From Epithemia pelagica (taxonomy: Eukaryota > Protista > Bacillariophyta): a stretch of DNA of 64,000 nucleotides. The translations under genes were made by a program, and so were the position numbers. The stretch is from contig OX337240.1 of NCBI GenBank assembly GCA_946965045.2, positions 1,116,001-1,180,000 on the forward strand, given 5' to 3'. Of this stretch, positions 46,609 through 57,632 are shown one piece after another; position 1 is the stretch's first letter; every line of letters starts with the position of its first letter. A model generated the notes under the pieces. The model saw only the letters and a program-made list of their open reading frames with translations. It had not been told where the DNA came from and made no database searches.

Positions 46609-47282
46609 CAACAACACAGACACCCACATGCCCATTGGATGAAACGGTCTTCTTTGTGTGCATGCGCAAATGGTCATCATGGATCTTCTTGTCAAGTGCG
46701 AGAAATACACACCAATTCATGGTCTCCATTCTCCATGTCCGTCCCTTGTCCATACAACATCTATGTCCCTGCAGCTCGTTGGTCTTTTCTGGGGTAGCAG
46801 CTCCAGTGTTTGCTGACACGCATCATCAACGATTCTTTCTTCGCTTGGATAAAAGCCGAGGCTGCAAAGAGAATCCATTTCGCGTCAGGAAGAGGCACCT
46901 TGCGTAGCTAGGAATGGGGGACCACTGGACCCATTTCCTTAGTTGTCTGAAACCTACAATCGGGGCACAGAAATAGACGAATGGATTGCATGACTGCTAT
47001 TCGATATTGTCGCACACTCGTAGGAGTAGATAAGTATACACGAGAGCTACATTGGCAGTATCTATGATTCGTATTGTACTGCTATTTTTTGTAAGTCAAC
47101 ATAAAGAAGGGGCAGTGGAAGGCATGAATAAAATCCGCGACCAAATCAGTGTCCGATGCTCTCATTTTTTGTTCTTCAAAGATTTGAGACGTGTCTGTTC
47201 GACAACAGTAAAAGATATTGGAGCCCATTTCTTCATATAGCAGCGGCTAAAAGCAAGTGCCCGAACAACAAGACGATACGAC

Positions 47283-50200
47283 ATGACAGGCATTGCTGAC
47301 TTTTACCTGTACATGAAGCGACCTCATTCCAAGGATCGCCGACAACGATTTCTCGCCCATTTTTTGCACCAGTCATCGACCAACCAAGAACCACAACGCT
47401 TTGTCGTTCTTTCTTGGAAACGGACTGGTTCCAACTTGCTGTGTGGTATGCTTCACTTACATCCTGAAATTCTCATGCACAATGAACTCTTTAATCCGAT
47501 TGATATTTTCACCTACCATCCAACCTTTTTTCGTGGTCCATCCTCTCATGACAACGATCCGAACAACTCGGTCGGAGCTTGTCGTGCTGATTCGTGGAGT
47601 GTCTTGACACGTGATTTATTTCCCGAAGACTTTTTGGACTTTATCTGGTACGGCCACCAGAATGGACTCCTCGGCACTCCTTTGGCATCCTCCTCTGCTT
47701 GCAAAGCCATTGGATTCAAATCCTTTCCCGAACATTGGTCGGAAGTACGGAACGATGCCATTTTCCAACGAGCCCTGATGGAAGATATTCGGGTCAAAAA
47801 GATTATTTTGCATCGACAAGACGAATTAGCTGTCTATGTGTCCATGCTTCGTGCCGATCAAACGGGACGATACATGACACACGCCTACCCCGACGACTTG
47901 ACCTTGCACATTGATCCAGCTCAGTTTCAACAGTTTCTGGACCATTATCGAGATACCTTTGCTCGTAAATACAAATCGCCCACAGTCGGGCGAGATACCT
48001 TTTGCATCACCTACGAACAATTGTGTGGCGATGCCACTGTATTGGAAGAACAAATCATGCCCCAATTGTTTCAGTTTCTTGGTGTCGATCCGACGGCTCC
48101 CGTGAAGCGACTCAAGGAAACGGTCAAACAAGCCAATCCTCAGGAAGATTTGGCGACTGTCATTCAAAACTATGACCAGTTGGAGTTTTGTTTTCGATAT
48201 TCCAATCTGGTGCATTTTGTCCAAAGAATACATAACCAACAAACGACCGCTTCCATGGTCGACGGCCAGGACGATGCGGCTCTCAGCGACCAGGACCAGG
48301 CACTGGATTCCTTTGCCAGTGTCGATCCACCTCCTTTGGCAAGTTGGAGTATTCTCTTGCCCATTTGTTCCCGAACCATGTCCAAACAGACCAAACCTCG
48401 GCACATGGTCAACCAGGGTCCACATGATCCAAACACGAAGGAACAACACAATTTCAGTGCCAACCGATTTTTGGATCTGACTCTTTCTTCTCAGTATGAT
48501 GAGAAAAGCAAAGCAACCGTCAATCACGACAGCTGTTGGGCCATGTTACAGGAATTCGCCGAAACACTCGAAGTGACAGCGTGTGAGGATCAATTGTCGC
48601 TGACCGAGATTATTATCGGTATTGACATTGATGATGTCGTTTACCAGAATGACGAGGCCAAGGATCGTTTGGCGGCTTTGATGCCATGCCGGGTGGTCTT
48701 TGTTCCCATTCTACCAGAACAGTATGGTAAGCTATGTCGTATATGGAATCATTTGGGCAAAATGGCAGAACACGATTTTCTCGTATTGTTGGGAGATGAT
48801 GTTCGTCTTTTGGACAAGGGTTGGCAGGGCCGTATTGTTCAGTGCTTTCACCGAATTGCCAAGAAAAATCCACATCTTCCCTTTGGTGCCGCCTGTGTCG
48901 CCATGAACGATTTGTCTTTCCCCGGCTTTCCCACCTTTCCGGTGGTTCATCGGTGGCATGTCAAGACATTTGGCTCGATTCTTCCCAAACAGTTTGTCAA
49001 TCAGGGTGGAGACCCCTATTTGTACGAGCTGTATTCTCGATTCAATGCTGCAGAATTTGTACAAACATGTCGTCTCGAAAACACCATTGGCGGTGACGGC
49101 GATGCTCGGTACCAAAAGTATCACATCAATTGGCGAGGGCATATACTCAACATGGGATTGCGTCGTCTCAAATCTCATCTGGTCGAACCCACGTCACGAC
49201 ACCAACAGCAACTTCAACAATATCCACAAGGCATTGTCATGGATGTGGTCATTCCATCCTATCGGACCAATAACAATGACATACTGGAACGTATCGTGAA
49301 CCTTCGTGCAAGTGTGGACAATGTCTATGTCAAATTCTGGATTGTTGTGGACAATCCCTTGACATGGCACGTGGACGACGTCAAGGATCTTGCCCGACGC
49401 TGCAACGAAAAGCAATTGCAATCGTCCAACAACTACTTTATCAATGTGATTCATTATACGGAAAACCGTGGTGCCAGTTACGCTCGAAATACGGGTTACA
49501 ATTATTCCACAGCTGATTGGATTCTGTTTTTGGACGACGATGTCGTACCGGAAAAACACTTGTTGGATGCCTACCTTGGCGCCTTGCAACGCTATCCAGA
49601 CGCCAAAGTGTTTGTGGGCCATACCGAACTTCCACCCACCTCACACAATGCTTGGACCGAAATGCTGCGGACCTGCAACGTGGGGTACTTTTATGGCATT
49701 GCACAAAAAATGGTGCATCCTCCCTGGGGTGTCACTGCCAATCTGTTGGTACGAGGGTCCCGATACAATCCAACCATTCAATTCAAGAGCCTCTACCCCA
49801 AGACTGGTGGTGGAGAAGATATTGACCTCGTGTACCAGTACAAGGCCTATTATCCATCGCTGGGACGACGAGTCACGGTGGGCGTTCCCGAGGCTCGAGT
49901 GCACCATCCGTGGTGGCGAAATGGACAACCCTGTTATGGTCAAATCACAGGTTGGGCCACGGGTGATTCCTTATGTATCACAGAATGGCCCGAAAAAACC
50001 TTTGTCGTCTTTCCCAATTGGATTGAGCATGTCGTGTTTGTGGTTCTTCCACTTTCCTTGTACACGAAACGGCCTCTGGCCGGTTTGATGGCAGCCAGTG
50101 CCGTGATTGTGTGGGAACACATTCTCAAAGCACATGGGTATTGGGTCGATGCCAAGAGAGTCGTACTGTCGCAAGGTGGTCCTGTGAGTGGTGGTGGTGG

Positions 50201-50486
50201 ATCCCAGCAAGAAGAACCAGCAACTCCTTCCAATCTTGTTCGTCGGTGGTGGTGGCAGACGGCATGGGTGGCTCTGGGTGCCGGGTCCATTATTTCATCG
50301 CAAGAAGCTACAAGAACCTGGTGTTTGTTAAAACGATTCAGTCTCTTTTCACTGTGCCGACGAGTCGATTGGTTTGATGGACAAAAACCAACCATTAAGC
50401 TGGACATTCAATTGGGCAGTGCGATACGATGTGTCATGAACACTGGCTTGACATGGTGGGCTTGGTCGTCGCTATCGAAAAAGTAA
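47283..50486 (+). CDS. Fusion of a Stf0-like sulfotransferase, two GT-A (GT2-like) glycosyltransferase domains and C-terminal membrane spans (1067 aa)
   Basis: KRTGSNLL (5'-PSB), HNELFNP, LHRQDELAVYVS (3'-PB); GT-A 1 VLLGDDV, FPGFPTFP; GT-A 2 VVIPSYR, NRGASYARN, FLDDDV, GGGEDID; hydrophobic tail. Confidence 0.85.
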   Translation: MTGIADFYLYMKRPHSKDRRQRFLAHFLHQSSTNQEPQRFVVLSWKRTGSNLLCGMLHLHPEILMHNELFNPIDIFTYHPTFFRGPSSHDNDPNNSVGACRADSWSVLTRDLFPEDFLDFIWYGHQNGLLGTPLASSSACKAIGFKSFPEHWSEVRNDAIFQRALMEDIRVKKIILHRQDELAVYVSMLRADQTGRYMTHAYPDDLTLHIDPAQFQQFLDHYRDTFARKYKSPTVGRDTFCITYEQLCGDATVLEEQIMPQLFQFLGVDPTAPVKRLKETVKQANPQEDLATVIQNYDQLEFCFRYSNLVHFVQRIHNQQTTASMVDGQDDAALSDQDQALDSFASVDPPPLASWSILLPICSRTMSKQTKPRHMVNQGPHDPNTKEQHNFSANRFLDLTLSSQYDEKSKATVNHDSCWAMLQEFAETLEVTACEDQLSLTEIIIGIDIDDVVYQNDEAKDRLAALMPCRVVFVPILPEQYGKLCRIWNHLGKMAEHDFLVLLGDDVRLLDKGWQGRIVQCFHRIAKKNPHLPFGAACVAMNDLSFPGFPTFPVVHRWHVKTFGSILPKQFVNQGGDPYLYELYSRFNAAEFVQTCRLENTIGGDGDARYQKYHINWRGHILNMGLRRLKSHLVEPTSRHQQQLQQYPQGIVMDVVIPSYRTNNNDILERIVNLRASVDNVYVKFWIVVDNPLTWHVDDVKDLARRCNEKQLQSSNNYFINVIHYTENRGASYARNTGYNYSTADWILFLDDDVVPEKHLLDAYLGALQRYPDAKVFVGHTELPPTSHNAWTEMLRTCNVGYFYGIAQKMVHPPWGVTANLLVRGSRYNPTIQFKSLYPKTGGGEDIDLVYQYKAYYPSLGRRVTVGVPEARVHHPWWRNGQPCYGQITGWATGDSLCITEWPEKTFVVFPNWIEHVVFVVLPLSLYTKRPLAGLMAASAVIVWEHILKAHGYWVDAKRVVLSQGGPVSGGGGSQQEEPATPSNLVRRWWWQTAWVALGAGSIISSQEATRTWCLLKRFSLFSLCRRVDWFDGQKPTIKLDIQLGSAIRCVMNTGLTWWAWSSLSKK

Positions 50487-51099
50487 GAGTTCCACCTAGG
50501 TCAATTGAGGAGTTGATAGCCGTATTCCATTGACACGACATAAAGCCTCTCGATACAATGATGGATATGGAGGGTCTCAAGTCGCTCAATGGAATGCCAA
50601 TCCCATCGTACAATCATAGATATGTGATGCGAACCGCGAATATAGGGTGCGACTGGAATAAGGATCCGCGACTGATAAATGTACTCCTCAGTGGCTACAG
50701 AATCTTTCCGTTTGATGATTATTATGAAGAATTTAGTCGCTCAGCGAGGTTGTGCATGTGTGGTTTCGACACGTCAGATTCGAGTCGGAACAGCACCGAA
50801 CGAACCAAGTGGGCGGAGGGAACAACGCTGAATTCAACGTTGGGACGCATCGAAGGAGCAGGAACTCCTATTGACCAAGGTGGACGACGTTGCTGGGATG
50901 GATAACGTGTGCTCATAACAAAAACTATCACGAGATCGAAATGCTCTCAATCCACAGCATCCTACAACAAAAAGACAGTCTTTTGGTGGTGCTTGTCCTC
51001 CTGAGAATTTGTGTTGCACCACACACGTGCCGTGCCATTCGCAGTACCAACCGTACAACCACCACAAAAAGTACCAATCATCCAGAAACAAGTACCACC

Positions 51100-51441
51100 A
51101 TGCCAAAGGTTTGGGTCAGTGTCACCGGGTTGGAACTCAAGAGTTGGCTTCGATAGCCGCAGTTCATGATGTATGCGGTGCCATCCTTTCATCAAGCACA
51201 ATCGTCGCCGGGAAATATTTGGACCTCTGCCAAGGATGTGGGGACCATTCATCATACGTTGACCGTCTGGGAAAACCGTCAAGCCATGTTGGAATACTTT
51301 CGACAAGGAGAACACCTCAAGGCCATGAAAATTTCTCGAACTGTGGGAAAATATGGAAAAGTATATGGGTATGAAAGTGACTCGATCCCGACATGGGAAG
51401 AAGCCTTGAAACTTTGGCAAGAAAAGGGTCGTGTGGTTTAG
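51100..51441 (+). pseudogene. DUF3291/ABM-like small protein with one in-frame TAG (51154-51156)
   Basis: MPKVWVSVTGLELKSWLR*PQFMMYAVPSFHQAQSSPGN...HHTLTVWENRQAMLEYFRQGEHLKAMK, all one frame. Confidence 0.6.
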
Positions 51442-51708
51442 GGAGAGCCCAAGGAGGGTGACCTCGTCGGGCGAGACCATGGCTTTTCCAAAGAATCCGA
51501 AGCTGCCATACAAGGACACGTCCATCACCACGAATCGTCGGTTCGGAAACCGCCAACCATGACGGCCTAACACTCTAGCGCCTCTCCAGCTCATACATAG
51601 TAAAAAGTAAAAAGTAAAAATCATTCCTGGTGGATCGGATAGAAAAGTCGATTTGTGTGTGATACCTTTCATTAGATACACAATATGCCGGCCGACTAGA
51701 TAGCCTAT

Positions 51709-51820
51709 GGGGGTGGTTCACAGAAACTAGAACCTCGAAACCAACCCCGCTGGGGGTGGTGTTGGGGGTGGTTCACAGAAACTATGACCTCGACCCCCCC
51801 CCGCTGAGGGGGTGGTCCAC
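51709..51820. repeat. 55-bp G-rich direct repeat (GGGGGTGGTTCACAGAAACTA core)
   Basis: Core at 51709 and 51764; GGGGGTGGT also at 51752 and 51808; each unit has a CCCC-GCT-GGGG hairpin-like motif. Confidence 0.8.
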
Positions 51821-52279
51821 TTGCTACAACAGCAAAGGGCGACAGTTGGCAATTGGACAAAGACCGATTGAACCGACATTACTGCATTATTCGTACCCAG
51901 GATAAAATTTTTTCAAAAGATATCCTATATCTAGTCGCACATAGTGCTTTTTTATCCTGAAATCGCTTATCTCGTGACAAGATAAGCTGCATTATAGCAA
52001 AATAAGTAGTCTTATTTGTCGTGGGATAAGATTTTCCCACTGCTCCAATGCACTGTCAATACATAGGGATGGACATACGCGCAACATTGTCGTAATGGAC
52101 GCCCGTCGCCCACATCGAAATGGTTGACCCTGCGTTGATGAAGGACACCATCGACAGGACAGGAACACATCCAATGACCATCATAGTGTCATACGGATCC
52201 GTACGATTGTTTCCCTGTATAGAATCCTTACGAAATAGCAATAGAACTTATCACATTATCATAATTTTCGTACCCGACG

Positions 52280-55200
52280 ATGGCCCGATCCACTCGCCCT
52301 TCTAATCGTTCTAATCGTTCATCTCCATCGCGTCGTACGGAGAAACAGAACAACAACAACAACGATGCTGTCATCCCGGTCCAAGCAACAGCACCTACTC
52401 CTATGGACGAAGTCATAGAAGCCATAAACAATGATCATATGAGTAACCAACCACCTCCATCCAACCGCGGCAATTCCCAACGTCGACGCTCCAACAGCAA
52501 CCGCAACAACAACAACAACAACAATAATCGCAATCGTACGAACAACAATCGCCGTAACCAACAAAGTATTATTGATTCTATGACCATGCAGGATATAGCA
52601 CTAAATGGGCTGAACCCAACAACGCCAACCAACACAACAGATGATCGTCACCTATTACCTGCCCCAATCGACAACATTGCGGAACTACGCGCATTGACCA
52701 ATCGTTGCGCCGATTCTCTGATGAGGAAAAACACACGAGATGCATACAAGTACAAAATGTTGGAATTTAGAGCTTTCTGTCATGTTGTTTATCCTCACGA
52801 ACAGGTTGAAGTACGGTATGCAGTGGACTCTGACAAACTGTATCGTTTTTTGTTCTACCAAGTTTTTCGTGACCGGAAGCGTACGAAACATTTAAAACCT
52901 GGCGAGTTCGATTTCAATTTGTACACAGAAGTGGACCAGAAATACAAGGTACTCCTACGCGAGAATAACGGCCAAAAACGCACCGCCGCTGAGATTCTCA
53001 CCGAAATGGAACCAAAGAACCCACTTGGCTATTCCTCTATTAATACGTACCGCGCGGCCGTTCGCAAAATGTACGACTACCAACGTCACCGCTCCGATGG
53101 AACAATTGCCCCTTGTAAATGGGATTCGGAAATTATGAACCCATCCAATCGCAAGTGGTTCAGTCTTGTCGAGGTAAGTGCCGATCCAATACCGACTTAG
53201 AATTCCAGTCACACATTTTCTAAAATTTCGAAATTTCATTTATTTAACAGGGACGAGCTCCCCGCGTTGCCAAACGCAATTACGTCGAGAAAGTTACGGA
53301 GTCTACCCCCTTCTCCCACTCGGAATTAGTAGGCAAGATTGAAGAAACGTTTTGGTTGAAAGGTTGTCACCAGTCGAACAACTGTTCGACGTTCACGTCC
53401 CTCCGAAACCGCTTCTCTTTTCTCATGAACTACGCGTCCATTCTACGTGCGGAAACTCTTCACATCGCCGAACTTTCTGACCTTAGGGTATTTCCAATTA
53501 AATGTCGACAAGACCACGACAAAATGGAGATTGTCCTAATGCAAATGTTCACTGGGAAGACGGTGAAAAAAGATTCCCCGTCTCAATTTGCACGCGCTAC
53601 ACGACATCACGACGTTTTTTGCTGTCCACTTGGGGCACTCGCGTTATACCTTGCTTACCGTTTCCAACAAAACAGTGAGTTTGATCCGACTGGACGTTTC
53701 CCTGATTTCCTCATCAACGAGGAATGGTTTGACATCAAAGTTTTGGTAGAGCTTGGCGCTGATCCCGAGGAAGGAATCAATCAACAAGCATTTCGTCGTG
53801 ACTTGGGTAAAGTGTTCAAAAAGCTTGGAATCATATCGAATCACGTCACTCACTGGTGCCGGCATACAGCTCCAACGCATTGCGAATTCAAGGAGTTATC
53901 TCCTGAATTCGTAAAGCAACTGGGTAAGTTCGATTGACAACGCTACGCAATTTCTACATTGTTTCTAACTACGGTATTTTAACAGGTAACTGGGAACAAG
54001 ATACTCAAGAGTCACGCTACTCTGCCAAGGTTCCGATCTCAGCCATCCGCTGCATGGCTGGTTTCGAGGTAGGAGAGGGTTATTGGCTTCCAAGAGGAAA
54101 TGTAAAAGTTCCTTCGGAGCTCGAATCACAGATGTGGTCGTGGATAGAGGAGGCTGAGACATACATAGTTGGTTTCGGAAAGAACGACAAACCCACAGCA
54201 ATGGAATTCCTACGCTTCCTGAAGTTTTTACGTCGTGTATTCATCCAAGATACTGCCGCGATGATGTGCACACTCGAGACTGATCCAGAACCCTCTTCAT
54301 CTCGTCGTCTGTCTCACCACATCTTTTCACTCTTTTCTATTCTCTCTTCCCTGAATTTCAATCATAGAAAACAACAATGGCCGAGCAGTTGGTAAAAGCA
54401 ACACGGATTGACAACGATCCAAAGACACAGGTTGTGGAGCAATGTTTTCCTGGTCTGAATAAGCGCTTCGACCTACTCCAGAACGACCTACAGCGTTTGT
54501 TCAATGCCACAGAGGAGTCCAACAGCCGAATGGAGGAATATCGACTGGATGTGAACAAGGCATTCACGAGTTTGGAGAAGAACTTGAAGAGTCTGCGAAA
54601 AGGAGACAATTTGCTTTAGTCTCTGCGTTGAGTGATTACTTCCGAAAAGGCATTACTCAACAAGCAGATGATTTGGGAATGCATGCAACACGCGTCTCGG
54701 AGAACACGAACACGGCGGCAGATGGTGACGCTGAGAGTCCAGTGCTACCTGGTCAGCAACCAACAGAGAAGAACGATGAATTCTTCGCGACTCCAGTTGT
54801 CTATGCGACTCCTGTTAACAGAGAGAGAGAGAAGACAGTCTGCCTGCATTACCTGTAACACAATCCCCTGCTCGCACACCTGAGAACAACACACCTACAA
54901 TCCAAGAGAGCGAGAGTTCGTCAGAGATGGCTGATTTGTCTAACAAAATTCTGTCTTTTCGATTTATTGGCAATACTGCCTTGCTATCCCTGTCCGATGT
55001 GTACTCAGACTTTTTGGCATCGGTGAATGGACGAACCAACCAGTACTTGGAGGATTCTATGGTCTTGAACAACGATACAAGTCGAAATGGAGATCGGGGT
55101 ACTCGGCACCGGAGCAGAATTTCTTTTCCAGGACGCAAAGTTTGTTGAAAGGACTATGTGACAAAGTGAACTGCTCCTATGGTGAATGGAATGACGACAT

Positions 55201-55300
55201 CAAGTCACAGTGTGAGGAATGGGACCCATTGATTAAGAAGAAAGGGATCGCAGGGACTCTAAGATTCTTGCAAGGCACTGGAGATATTGGCAAAAAGGGA
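52280..55300 (+). mobile_element. Crypton-type tyrosine recombinase (NDC10-II-like YR domain, degenerate GCR1_C-like tail); exons 52280-53173, 53251-53923, 53986 onward
   Basis: Two GT-AG introns (53174-53250, 53924-53985) restore LRAE...LSDL, GKT, RHHDVFCCPLGALALYLAYRF, HWCRH, LGNW, RY, RCMAGF. Frameshifts and stops after about 54340. Confidence 0.8.
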
Positions 55301-55357
55301 CAACGCAAACGAAACGAAGCGTAGTATCATAGAAAAGGAAGTCGCCTGGTTATCCAG

Positions 55358-56200
55358 GTGGGTGGTTGGTGGGTTAATTTTTGTCTAGAACTACGCTGTT
55401 ACCCTATATCTTATTTTCACTCCGTTTTGTTAGTGGTAAACAATGATGGATATCTACAGTGTTCCTGTGGTTACATGCACAGGCACGGGATCCCCTGTCG
55501 TCATCTATTTGCGATTGAACCAGAATATGACACTTCAGACATCGATGTGCGATGGCATCTTGCATATGGTTATTATGCCCATTCTAATGGATTTTCCTCC
55601 CTTACAGAGGCATAAGCTGATTTCCAGGAAATGAATCAGATTGGGCTTCGTTTGAAAACAGACATCTCCACAGAAGAAGACTATCCTTATATCTGGTCAG
55701 GCACCAAATATACTATTGACAACATCCTAGAAATTGCAAACAGTCCAGTTCCTCTATGCTGGAACTATACTGTCTCGGAATATCCAACTCAGTATCAGCC
55801 AATAGAAAGAGATCGTACAGGAAAAGAAGTAGAAGATATAGATGACACTGAGTTTCCTTTCACACAAGAGACTACAATGGAGGAGGAGATCGTCGACTCT
55901 GATAAAGTGGACTGCAATGAGTATCAGTTTCAAATGCCATTATCCGACGAGGTAAAGCAGTCAGCTTTGATAACCTTTTTCAAGGATATGCTTCCCTTGT
56001 TCAACTGCCGCTCATCTCGGAAACATCTTATGACAATTCTAAGTGAAGCGCGACAAAACCAATCCCGTGAATTAGGAAGAAAACGCAGACGTGTACTTGA
56101 GGGCAACAGGACGACAAATGAAATAGACCAATTTATTTCAAGCAATATCGACTTCGACAATTCTCGAAGTTCATATCAACAAACTTACTACAGAAACTGA
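55358..56200 (+). pseudogene. SWIM zinc finger plus tail, MULE-transposase-like remnant
   Basis: LQCSCGYMHRHGIPCRHLFAI (CxCxnCxH). The frame continues through TAA 55613-55615 into the 189-aa ORF. Confidence 0.6.
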
Positions 56201-56238
56201 TAATGATGTGATTAGAAACATGAATTTTTGTGTGTCAT

Positions 56239-57632
56239 TTATACTTGTTTGAGGTAGTCACGAATACATTCTTCAATTGGAGTCAAGCCCAGATCATTAT
56301 TGTTTTTCCCCACAACTGACGTTTTCATATACAAGGAAAGAACAAAGACGTCTGAATCAACAACTTTTTTTGAAACACAATGGTATTCTTGAGGGTTGAA
56401 AATCAGGATGTCCAGATTTTGAAGAGCAACTTTGTGACCAAGTTCAGGAAAGACAAAGTAGCATAAGACTTCTTCGTTTTGACAAACAGATTCTTCAGGA
56501 CTCATTGCAACGACAACGGAGTACCCATAGTCTTGGTCTTTGTGAGCTGCTAGGAAAACATTCCGTCCAAAGGATATAGCACTGAAGAAGGTAGATTTCT
56601 TTCCATCGACTCCCAAAGTCGGGATGTCTTGAATCTTATTGAAATTCGAAAAGCCAAAAATGTAGGACCAGTCCGCCCAAGCATAGAACTCCTCTTCGAT
56701 CTGCTTGACAAACCTGACCATCGTTTTCAAGTCTTTCTTGCTCATCAAATGTAACTTGGATGGAACAATTCCTTTCCCACCTTGGTTTGCCGTCATTCCA
56801 ACTGTTACATACGATGATTTGTTTGAATCTTGTGCCACAAATCGTTTTTTGCCTCTCTGTTGGAACTTTACCTGACTCTCAAGTTTCCAGAGAACCTTGA
56901 TGACTTTGTCTTCGAAAGCAAAGGTGGTAAGGTTCTTGTTTCTCGGAGTTTTGAGGAAGACGGGAAGCTCAGCTTTTTGTGGACGAAATATGGCCCCACC
57001 TTGTCCCACATCAGTTGTTAGAAACAATGACAATGAAATTAAGTCCAACTGAGAAGATGTTTGATTGTTGGAAACAAACAAAGGCTCGGACGCGACATCT
57101 TTGAAAACACAGCATTTTTTGTCAAGAACTTGTGCAGACAGTGTGTGTTCACTTGAGGCATTGTCAACATTCTTCAATTCCAACTGCTTCTTTGATTTGT
57201 TATTCCGATGCTGTCGCTGAGTTTTAGATCTTGCCTTGGAGCATCCATGCAATATAACCTTTCCAACTTGTGTTCGTTGTGAAGAAGGCTTGTTAGACTT
57301 GAACGTATGTATGATGTTGGTGATAGAGCAATCGTTGTTTTTGTAGCTGTGCTTGCTCAGGTTTTGGATCAACTTTGAAGCAGTTTTCTTCTTTGTAGTG
57401 TGCGATGAATTCAGTCCCCTCCTATGGATAGAAGATCTATCCAAGCACAAGGCGGTGAGACCCTTGTCATTTGATGCATGACACATGCTTGAAGAGCATG
57501 TTGGGTCTGATCGGCCACCCTTGAGAACTTTTGCGTCGCCACATGATTCCATCTTTTCTGCCAGTCCCGCCCAATGGAAAGAAGATCTATCCACGGACAA
57601 GGCGGTGCGACCCTTGCCATTGGAATGGCACA
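56239..57632 (-). CDS. TET/JBP-like 2OG-Fe(II) dioxygenase (main part; original N-terminus at 59139-59069)
   Basis: FSAISFGRNVFLAAHKDQD (HxD), YFVFPELGHKVALQNLDILIFNPQEYHC (distal His), SLYMK; basic N-terminal region with a repeated KVLKGGRS motif. Confidence 0.65.

Larger units (their letters stand above)
37079..46922. repeat. Tandem triplication of a 3286-bp block (37079-40364, 40365-43650, 43651-46922)
   Basis: ORF sets recur at +3286; identical novel junction GGGGGAC|TGTGTT at 40364/40365 and 43650/43651. Confidence 0.97.
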
